DNA from: an uncultured Rhodopirellula sp. | GTDB lineage: Bacteria > Planctomycetota > Planctomycetia > Pirellulales > Pirellulaceae | DNA: 20,000 nucleotides | NCBI GenBank assembly: GCA_964007735.1 | Contig: CAXGAI010000019.1 | Location: 61,773-81,772 of the forward strand | Direction: 5' to 3' | Shown: positions 8,197-15,872 of the stretch, piece after piece | Position numbering within the stretch: position 1 is the first letter of the stretch | Layout: every line of letters starts with the position of its first letter | Made by a program: the position numbers and the translations under genes | The notes under the pieces: model-generated | What the model saw: only the letters and a program-made list of their open reading frames with translations | Told to the model about the DNA's origin: nothing | The model's database searches: none

Positions 8197-9282
8197 TTAG
8201 TCTTTAGGGTCGGCCAAACGAGGGTCGGTGGATTCCTGAAGCCCTTCGCCAATTAGATTGTAGGCAAGAATAGTGATAAAGATTGCGACACCAGGAAATA
8301 CGATTTGCCACCATTCGGTGTAATTAGTCATGCCGGCATTGAGAATAGTTCCCCAGCTCGGATTTGGGGGCGGCGCTCCAAAACCTAATAGGCTTAGGCC
8401 AGCCTCTACCTTGATTGCTGCCGCAATTCCGAAGACGATTGGTACCATCACGGGTGCTAGCGCATTCGGTAATATGTGACGGAACATGATCCGGAATGGA
8501 CCAACGCCAATACTACGTGCGGCAGCGACAAATTCGGATTCTTTGAGTTTCAGAAATTCACCACGTGTTAAACGCGCCATACCGGTCCAACTGGTGAATC
8601 CAAGAATTGCCATCATGTGCCATATTGTTGGTTGTTCAATAACCGCCATGAGGGCCAAAATTAGAACAATACTCGGGATACACATTACAAGTTCAATAAT
8701 TCGACTGATAATGATGTCCACCCATCCACCAAAATATCCTGAGACGGCCCCTACGAAGATTCCGATCGTCGCGGCAATACCGGTCGAAACGAAGCCAACT
8801 AAGAGAGCAATTCGTGTCCCGTGAACCATCATCGCCAAAACATCTTTTCCTTTGGAGGTACCAAAAATATTAAGACTGCTAGGTTCGCCACCGTTGAACG
8901 GGTTCCCGGGGCGGTCTTCCCATTCGTTGTTACGTACAGGGCGATAGGGATCCTGAAAGATCAGAGGCCAGACAGCCCAGCTATCAGGATCCTTCTCTTT
9001 GAGATTCTTGGGATAACGTTTTCGAAATCGATCCTTTTGAAAAATGGGGTTTTCCCAATCTGCATTGAAATAGGCCATACAAGGAAAATAAAGATTGCCT
9101 TTGTATTTACAAACGATCGGTCGTGTACCGGCAATCATGGGAGAAAAAATGGCAACCAGGCTGAGCAAAAAGACAACGATTAATGCGCACATCGATAGTT
9201 TCTTACGACGAAAGCGCAGCCATGCATGTCGCCAGAAACCGGGCGATTTTTTGTTTTCAGAGGCTGCGGTGGTTTCTTTCAT
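8197..9282 (-). CDS. Peptide ABC transporter permease (OppC/DppC/YejE-like)
   Basis: FWRHAWLRFRRKK N-terminus, FGTSKGKDVL...GTRIAL, EAA motif EFVAAARSIG...HILPN and PSWG. Confidence 0.95.
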   Translation of the reverse strand: MKETTAASENKKSPGFWRHAWLRFRRKKLSMCALIVVFLLSLVAIFSPMIAGTRPIVCKYKGNLYFPCMAYFNADWENPIFQKDRFRKRYPKNLKEKDPDSWAVWPLIFQDPYRPVRNNEWEDRPGNPFNGGEPSSLNIFGTSKGKDVLAMMVHGTRIALLVGFVSTGIAATIGIFVGAVSGYFGGWVDIIISRIIELVMCIPSIVLILALMAVIEQPTIWHMMAILGFTSWTGMARLTRGEFLKLKESEFVAAARSIGVGPFRIMFRHILPNALAPVMVPIVFGIAAAIKVEAGLSLLGFGAPPPNPSWGTILNAGMTNYTEWWQIVFPGVAIFITILAYNLIGEGLQESTDPRLADPKD

Positions 9283-9291
9283 GGTGTCTTT

Positions 9292-10284
9292 TTATTGATA
9301 GGATATCCGCGGGTCTACAAATGCATAAAGGATGTCTGCCAGTAGTTGGCCCAAAAGAGTGAGCACCGATAATGCAAAAGTTAATCCCATGATTACCGGG
9401 TAGTCCCGCGTTAGGATACTGCGGAAATATAGCTGCCCCATCCCAGGCCAGTTAAAAATTTGCTCCAAAATAATTGCGCCGCCGAGCAATGCCGGAAGAG
9501 ATAAGCCGAGAAGCGTTACAAATGGAATGAGGGTATTTCGAAAAGCGTGATGAATCATGATTCGAAATGGCCCAAGTCCTTTTGCTTTTGCGGTTCGAAT
9601 GTAGTCCTGACGAATCACCTCTTCCATATTGGCTTTGATAAAGCGACTGTAATAAGCCAGACTTACATAGGTGAAACTAATGACAGGCAGGATCATGTGT
9701 TCCAGCAGATCCCAAATTTGTTCAGAGCTTGTTAGAGCTTCATAGTCGTCGGCCTTGGTGCCCATCAGGGGAAGTTCAAAGGCTGTTCCTTCCAATTTCA
9801 CGGCAAACAATAATTGGAGGAATAAGGCGGCAATAAAAGATGGAATCGCATAAAGCATATATAGAACCACACCAACGAGCCGCTCATCAGATTTGCCACT
9901 TCGCGCGGTTGAAAATAATCCTATTGGTATTGCCAGAATGTAAGCTAAAATCAGCGAGGGCACGGTTAGCAGAAGTGTGTTGGTGACACGAGATCCAATA
10001 ACATCTAGAACAGGTTTTTTTTCAGCGAAACTGCTTCCGAAATCTCCCTTTATCATATTAGTAAGCCAGTGTGCGTAGGCCTCGGGGATCGATTTGTCTA
10101 AACCATAGGCAGCCCGCATGCGTTGAATGTCTTCTTCGCTTGGCATGTTCTCCGGATTCATCATCGCAGCATCAGTTGCTAGCGGATTACCAGGCATGTA
10201 CCGAATGAGCGCATAAATTGCCATGGTGATGAGCAATAGCGTCAGTAGGCCCAGAAGGATGCGACGTATTAGATAGCCAGCCAC
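9292..10284 (-). CDS. Peptide ABC transporter permease (OppB/DppB/YejB-like)
   Basis: YLIRRIL, MPGNP, YGLDK, GDFGSS, QDYIRTAKAKGL...HAFRN, EQIFNWPGMG and DPRI. Confidence 0.95.
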   Translation of the reverse strand: MAGYLIRRILLGLLTLLLITMAIYALIRYMPGNPLATDAAMMNPENMPSEEDIQRMRAAYGLDKSIPEAYAHWLTNMIKGDFGSSFAEKKPVLDVIGSRVTNTLLLTVPSLILAYILAIPIGLFSTARSGKSDERLVGVVLYMLYAIPSFIAALFLQLLFAVKLEGTAFELPLMGTKADDYEALTSSEQIWDLLEHMILPVISFTYVSLAYYSRFIKANMEEVIRQDYIRTAKAKGLGPFRIMIHHAFRNTLIPFVTLLGLSLPALLGGAIILEQIFNWPGMGQLYFRSILTRDYPVIMGLTFALSVLTLLGQLLADILYAFVDPRISYQ

Positions 10285-10329
10285 GTAAGCGCCTTGTTAG
10301 TGAATTAGATTGCTTTTAAAGCGTGAAAA

Positions 10330-12333
10330 TTATTGTATTTCTGCGGATTTGAAAATGGTGTCTGCACCGGGGCCGTAGTTATAAGGACCTCGAGGGCTGT
10401 AATTATAGCCCCGCAATGATTTATTGAATGCATAGTATGCATTGCGGAAGTAGAGCCAGGTGTAAGGCTGATCTTCCCATAGCGTAAGATGTATTTTCTG
10501 GTAAATCTTACGCCTTTCCCCTAAATCAAGTTCACGCTTGCCCTGTTCAAATAACTTATCAATTTCAGGATTCGAATAACACCCGTAGTTGCGCCCATTG
10601 TCAATCGCCTTTGTTGTCCAGAGATTTTCAGACGTATCCGGATCAGCACCGGTACCCCACCCGGCAAAAACCGCATGAAATTTATGCCCAAGCATTGTTT
10701 CCTGGAGAGTGGTGAACTCAACGGGCTTTACATTACATCGAATACCGATTTGGTCTAGATTTTCCTGCAGGAGTTCACAAATAGCAATTCGATCGGGACG
10801 ATTGCTCGTAAGAATAGTAAATTCAAAAGGGACTCTGCGGGAACCTTCCGACTCACCATCGAAATTACTATCCATCTCAACAATATTATCCAGTACTCCA
10901 TCTCCATCAGTGTCTTCCCATCCAGCTTCAGCTAGAAGATCCTCCGCCTTGGTTAAATCTTGTTGGTAAGACGATGGCGCTACCTCTGGAGCCCATGGTG
11001 ATGTTCGATGAAAGATTCCGGTGGATGCTTCATCCATGCCAAAACGATGCTTTTCTAATAATTCCTGATGATTGAAGGCGTAGCTCATCGCCTGACGAAC
11101 ACGTTTGTCTTTAAAGAAAGGAGATCTGAAATTCCAACCGAAATAATAATAAACCCATTCCAGGGCATAAGATTTGGTGTTGAACTTATAAAAATCATCA
11201 TCGTTGGTTTGTGATTGCCATTGTTCCGGTGTAAGCATCATCTCTTCTAATTCCCCCTTTTTCATAGAGAGGAGCGCCGTGTTTGGATTTTCGATGATTT
11301 TGAAACGAACCGTTTCAAAATGAGGTTTTTGACGCACTTGTTGCCCATCAAACATGTAATAAGAATCACGACGTTTTAAGATGATTTCTTGTCCTCGTAC
11401 TCGCTTCAAAATAGTATATGCACCGCCCGAGACAGGATTTTCGTCTAGTTCTACATGAACAGGGCTGGATGCAAGCGTAGGGTCATCTGCTATGGTGCTT
11501 TCATATTTATGTTTTGGAATAATTGGAAAATTGATATTCCAGACATTTGTGGCAAGAGGCTCAAAATGGAAATAAACAAGTGTTCGCTCGTCATATGCTT
11601 TAACACATTTCAGTTGATCTGTTCCTGAACGTACCGCTGGGATAGGCACAGCAGAACTCATAATGACCTGATACGAAAACTCAACGTCGTAGGCAGTTAT
11701 TTTTTCACCGTCTGACCAGGTTAGATCATCTCTCATGACTACCATATCCATAAGTCCGTCGCTGGAAGTTTGCCATGAGACGAGTGAACCTGCATTGCCA
11801 TAAGGAGTAAAGTTCCAGTCAAATGAAAAAAGTCCCATTGATAGCAAGCCTGAGACATCAAATTCTGCTGATGAGCTGATCATCAGCGGATTCGTGTTAC
11901 GAATATCTGCGGATGTATGTCGATTCCATTCGGCGGAATAGTTGATCTCTCCATCAGTAGCCAGTGTTCCCATGGCGGAGACGATGTTGTGGTTGTCTTC
12001 GGGCGTCTTATTTCTAACGGCTAGCGCCTCAGCCGCAGTCATCATTGCGACTTCGCTTTCTTTGCGATTGGCCATCAATTCATAAACATCCACAACAGGC
12101 TTATCCATCCACTCGACATTGTCCAGTTCCTCTTTTGTTGGTGGATTGAATTCGGGAATCAGATCTCCTAATACAAACGCTGCATCTTTTGGAGCACCAG
12201 CATCTTCCTCGGAATTGGAAACGGCGTCTGTTGAGTTTGGAACAGTACTTGCAGCATCGTCAGGCGAGCATCCCATTAAAGCTGTCAGACCAGCAACCGA
12301 TAAAATTAAAGAAAAGCGTAGTGCAATAGTCAT
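10330..12333 (-). CDS. Family 5 (peptide/nickel) ABC substrate-binding lipoprotein
   Basis: Lipoprotein signal ending in LMG-C22, with MRDDLTWSDGEKITAYDVEFS, FKDKRVRQAM and NYGCYSNPEIDKL; first gene of the ABC operon. Confidence 0.93.
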   Translation of the reverse strand: MTIALRFSLILSVAGLTALMGCSPDDAASTVPNSTDAVSNSEEDAGAPKDAAFVLGDLIPEFNPPTKEELDNVEWMDKPVVDVYELMANRKESEVAMMTAAEALAVRNKTPEDNHNIVSAMGTLATDGEINYSAEWNRHTSADIRNTNPLMISSSAEFDVSGLLSMGLFSFDWNFTPYGNAGSLVSWQTSSDGLMDMVVMRDDLTWSDGEKITAYDVEFSYQVIMSSAVPIPAVRSGTDQLKCVKAYDERTLVYFHFEPLATNVWNINFPIIPKHKYESTIADDPTLASSPVHVELDENPVSGGAYTILKRVRGQEIILKRRDSYYMFDGQQVRQKPHFETVRFKIIENPNTALLSMKKGELEEMMLTPEQWQSQTNDDDFYKFNTKSYALEWVYYYFGWNFRSPFFKDKRVRQAMSYAFNHQELLEKHRFGMDEASTGIFHRTSPWAPEVAPSSYQQDLTKAEDLLAEAGWEDTDGDGVLDNIVEMDSNFDGESEGSRRVPFEFTILTSNRPDRIAICELLQENLDQIGIRCNVKPVEFTTLQETMLGHKFHAVFAGWGTGADPDTSENLWTTKAIDNGRNYGCYSNPEIDKLFEQGKRELDLGERRKIYQKIHLTLWEDQPYTWLYFRNAYYAFNKSLRGYNYSPRGPYNYGPGADTIFKSAEIQ

Positions 12334-12446
12334 AGTTGAGGAGGCCTCAAAAAAGTATTCGAAGCGGTGATTGATTACCGCATGTTATGTCGCAACAGGT
12401 ATTCTAAAGCATTCTGCTTTGTTCGGTCTAGCCAATCCGCAGGTGA

Positions 12447-12475
12447 TTTATCGAAGGTTCGGGAATGTCTACAAT
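12447..12475 (+). promoter_or_regulatory. Candidate sigma70-type promoter for bioF (TTTATC-N17-TACAAT)
   Basis: -35-like TTTATC at 12447-12452, a 17-nt spacer and -10 TACAAT at 12470-12475; AGGAG SD at 12513-12517 before GTG 12525. Confidence 0.4.
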
Positions 12476-12524
12476 CAATTCTAGGAAGTACTGCAGTCGT
12501 GCTTTCGTCACAAGGAGTTCTATA

Positions 12525-13679
12525 GTGAACGACAAGTTAGATTGGATAGACGACGAGCTTTCCACCCTTGCAGATGCCGGGCTTTTGCGACAGTTAAATG
12601 TTTGTATCGGGGCAACACATTCGACGGAGTTGCAGCTTGATGGAAAGACTTATATTAACTTTGCGAGTAATGATTATTTAGGGTTGGCCAAGGAAATTGC
12701 TAATGGCTTTAGAGAGAGGCCAATTCCTGACCAGGCCTGGGGCAGTGGGGCCAGCCCACTTGTGACGGGTCGTGGCGAAGCTCATCAGCAGCTGGAGTCG
12801 ACCTTAGCAGTATTCAAAGGCTCGGAAGCAGCCCTTTCCTTTTCAACTGGCTATGCCGCTAATGTCGGAGCGATCACAGCCGTAGCCGGTGAAGGTGATA
12901 TCATTCTTAGCGATGCCCGTAACCATGCCAGTATTATTGATGGCTGTCGACTATCCAAAGCGAAAGTAGAGATTTATCGGCATAATGACGTAGATCATTT
13001 GGTCGAGCTATGTAAACAAGCAACGGATTATCGCCGGAAACTTATAGTTACGGATGCTCTGTTCAGCATGGATGGTGATATTGCCCCACTCAGTCTAATA
13101 GCGGAGGTCGCTCGGCAGTATGATGCGATGTTGATGGTTGATGAAGCACATGCTACAGGAGTTTACGGAGCGACCGGTCGCGGGATGGCTCAGGAGCTCG
13201 GCTGTGAAGAGGGAATTCATATTTCTGTTGGAACGTTAAGCAAGGCTTTAGGCTCGATGGGAGGTTTTGTTTCCGGACAGCGCAGCCTCATTGATCTTTT
13301 GGTGAATAAAGCTCGCACGTATATCTACTCCACTGCGATGCCAGCTGCATGTGCTCTAGCTGGAATTCGGGCGATCGATCTTCTTCAGTCAGAATCGCAA
13401 CGAAGGAAACAGCTCTTTGATAATGTTGATTACATTACGAGTCGCTTGGTAACCGCCGGCCTGATTTCACAAAAAAAATTTACTCAGATTGTACCGGTTC
13501 TCATTGGAACGCCCGAAGCGACAGTTGCCAAATCTCAGGCACTATTAAATGCAGGCTTTTACATCCCTGCAATTCGCCCTCCTACGGTACCAGAAGGTGA
13601 AAGCCTGTTACGTATCAGCCTTAGCAGTGCACATACGGTGGATCAGATGGAGAAATTAGTCGCGGTGTTAAGCCAGTAG
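12525..13679 (+). CDS. bioF: 8-amino-7-oxononanoate synthase (PLP-dependent alpha-oxoamine synthase)
   Basis: NFASNDYLGL, GSGASPLVTG, NHASIIDG, FSMDGD, VDEAHATG, PLP-lysine motif GTLSKALG and AIRPPTVP. GTG 12525 is preferred over ATG 12465 because of the AGGAG SD. Confidence 0.85.
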   Translation: MNDKLDWIDDELSTLADAGLLRQLNVCIGATHSTELQLDGKTYINFASNDYLGLAKEIANGFRERPIPDQAWGSGASPLVTGRGEAHQQLESTLAVFKGSEAALSFSTGYAANVGAITAVAGEGDIILSDARNHASIIDGCRLSKAKVEIYRHNDVDHLVELCKQATDYRRKLIVTDALFSMDGDIAPLSLIAEVARQYDAMLMVDEAHATGVYGATGRGMAQELGCEEGIHISVGTLSKALGSMGGFVSGQRSLIDLLVNKARTYIYSTAMPAACALAGIRAIDLLQSESQRRKQLFDNVDYITSRLVTAGLISQKKFTQIVPVLIGTPEATVAKSQALLNAGFYIPAIRPPTVPEGESLLRISLSSAHTVDQMEKLVAVLSQ

Positions 13680-13680
13680 C

Positions 13681-15006
13681 TTACTCGTGACGTAACGCTT
13701 CGATCGGGTCCATCTTCGCTGCTCGCAGGGCAGGGTAAACACCAAAGATCGTTCCAACAAAGACAGCCACTCCAAACGAGATGGGAACGGAGGCCTCCAC
13801 AATTTGTGGCTTTGCATTCATGATATGGGGTGGCAGGGCAGCCATTTGTTCCGGGAACAAATTACTACATACCTGCATAATGCCAAGAATCAGATTGGGG
13901 GTAATGAAACCAATCACAATTCCTAGTAAGCCCCCCACAACCGATAGTGTAATGGTTTCCACAAGGAATTGTCTGATGATCGCAGACTGTCTTGCACCCA
14001 GAGCACGACGAACCCCGATCTCACGAGTTCGTTCTGTTACCGTTGCCAGCATGATATTCATAATCCCAATCCCTCCGACAAAAAGCGAGACACCAGCAAT
14101 CATAGCCATGACGACCATTAGCATGATCCGCATATTTTTTGCCTGCTCAAGTAATTCCAGCGGCACCACAATACTAATGTCTTGCTCTTCGTCGTGATGA
14201 CGCAGTGAATCCTTGATTAACTCAAAAGCGGGCATCACGTCATCAATGTGAGAGACTTTAAAAGTGGCTTGATGAAGCTCAACCTTTTCTCCACCGAAGG
14301 AACCTCCAACAGAGCGAAAAATTTCTTTTCCCATTCGAGTGTTAAAAGTTGTGAAGGGAATGTAGACATCTTTGGTAAAATCCTCAGCCGCTAAAGAGCC
14401 GCCAATGCCAGCCGAAGTGCCTCGTTGCTTTAACACCCCGATGACTTCAAATAGATCAGGTCGGTCTTTCAAACGAATCGATTTCCCAAGAGGGTCCTGA
14501 TAGGGAAATAGTTTTTTGGCAACATCATGGGAGACAACACAATAGTCGCGATGTTTCGCCACATCACTGCCAGAAATGAAACGCCCTCGATCAATTTCCA
14601 GATTGGTCGTCTCGTAATACGTTGGCGTCGAACCTACGATCCGCCCATCAACGTCGACGGCATCATAACTAAAGCCAAAAGCGATCTCCCGAATGGGAAC
14701 AGCACTGTCAATCTGCGGAATGGTTTCTTTGATGAGTTCGAATTCGGTATGCGTGAGTCCATATTCCGCAAGAATACCATCAATTTTTTGGGGTTTGATA
14801 GAGCGAACAATAATATTCCGCGCTCCCAATTCCGCGATCTGTTTCTGTGCTTCCTGACTGATACCTTCACCCAGGGCAAGTAAGCAGATGACAGCTGCAA
14901 CACCGATTTGGATTCCTAATACGGTCAGAAATGAACGCATGGGATGCAGTAGCAGGCATTTAATACTTAGTTGAATTGTAAGTAGCCAGCCTTTTAGATA
15001 GGACAT
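13681..15006 (-). CDS. MacB/FtsX-family ABC transporter permease
   Basis: RSFLTVLGIQIGVAAVI, a large periplasmic domain with GRFIS, SLFVGGIGIMNIMLATVTERTREIGVRRALGA and PALRAAKMDPIEALRHE. Start ATG 15006 or TTG 15009. Confidence 0.95.
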   Translation of the reverse strand: MSYLKGWLLTIQLSIKCLLLHPMRSFLTVLGIQIGVAAVICLLALGEGISQEAQKQIAELGARNIIVRSIKPQKIDGILAEYGLTHTEFELIKETIPQIDSAVPIREIAFGFSYDAVDVDGRIVGSTPTYYETTNLEIDRGRFISGSDVAKHRDYCVVSHDVAKKLFPYQDPLGKSIRLKDRPDLFEVIGVLKQRGTSAGIGGSLAAEDFTKDVYIPFTTFNTRMGKEIFRSVGGSFGGEKVELHQATFKVSHIDDVMPAFELIKDSLRHHDEEQDISIVVPLELLEQAKNMRIMLMVVMAMIAGVSLFVGGIGIMNIMLATVTERTREIGVRRALGARQSAIIRQFLVETITLSVVGGLLGIVIGFITPNLILGIMQVCSNLFPEQMAALPPHIMNAKPQIVEASVPISFGVAVFVGTIFGVYPALRAAKMDPIEALRHE

Positions 15007-15011
15007 CAAGG

Positions 15012-15872
15012 CTATTCTCCCAGAACCAAGGTTTCTTCGTCTTCGTCAAACTCATTGCTTTCGCCATGCCGCTCAGGGTCCGGCAACTGCAACGAAGAAA
15101 TGCCCTGATTATTGAGTTCCAAAATTTCCCAGCTGTTTTCCGGAATGATTTCACCGGTCTCTTTATCCGTGAATCGAAGACGGTCATGATTGACTTCGTC
15201 AGAAACAATCATACCGTCTCGAAGACGAATGACCCGCTTCGTTCGCATTGCAACATCATCTTCATGCGTCACCATGATGATTGTTTTACCTTCGTCATTG
15301 AGGCGCTCGTAAAGCGTTAGAATTTCTTCCGTCGTTTTGGTATCGAGGTTACCAGTAGATTCGTCGGCCAAAATATAATACGGATCATTGACAAGACTAC
15401 GCGCAATAGCCACGCGCTGTTGTTGACCCCCGGAAAGTTGGGTTGGGCGGTGATCGAGACGGTCGCCCAGACCAACAAGGCCAGCTAATTCAACACACCT
15501 TCTATAGGTCTGACGAGTTAATTTACCCTGATAGTAGAGAGGGACTTGGATGTTTTCGACGACGCTTAGTTGGGCAATTAAATTGTAGCTTTGGAAGATG
15601 AACCCAATGCGGCTGGCACGAATATCTGACAATTGATTGTCGTTCATGTAAAAGATGTTGTCGTTGCCCAGCAACAGATCACCCGTCGTTGGCTTATCTA
15701 AACAGCCAATAAGATTAAGCAGCGTACTCTTACCGGATCCTGAAGGCCCCATGATCGCCACATAGTCGCCTTCCGGAACCTCGAAAGACACGCCTCGCAG
15801 TGCATGAACAGTTTCAGACTTGGTAATGTAATCTTTGGTTAGATCTTTTACAGAGAGAGCGGTTTCAGGCAC
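15012..15872 (-). CDS. MacB/LolD-family ABC transporter ATP-binding protein
   Basis: GPSGSGKST, GFIFQSYNL, LSGGQQQRVAIAR, ADESTGNLD and VTHE. The GTG start abuts the upstream TAG, with an AGGAGG SD inside the upstream gene. Confidence 0.96.
   Translation of the reverse strand: MPETALSVKDLTKDYITKSETVHALRGVSFEVPEGDYVAIMGPSGSGKSTLLNLIGCLDKPTTGDLLLGNDNIFYMNDNQLSDIRASRIGFIFQSYNLIAQLSVVENIQVPLYYQGKLTRQTYRRCVELAGLVGLGDRLDHRPTQLSGGQQQRVAIARSLVNDPYYILADESTGNLDTKTTEEILTLYERLNDEGKTIIMVTHEDDVAMRTKRVIRLRDGMIVSDEVNHDRLRFTDKETGEIIPENSWEILELNNQGISSLQLPDPERHGESNEFDEDEETLVLGE

Noticed and set aside
12466..12494. Possible BirA operator TGTCTAC-N15-GTACTGC upstream of bioF
   Set aside because: The left arm and spacing fit, but the right arm matches the inverted repeat at only 3 of 7 positions.
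12465..12524. 20-aa N-terminal extension of bioF from ATG 12465
   Set aside because: It overlaps the candidate -10 (12470-12475), whereas GTG 12525 has an AGGAG SD at normal spacing.
13781..14883. Plus-strand ORFs (138 and 118 aa) opposite the MacB-like permease, and similar short ORFs across the window
   Set aside because: Typical antisense or alternative-frame shadows of well-supported genes.
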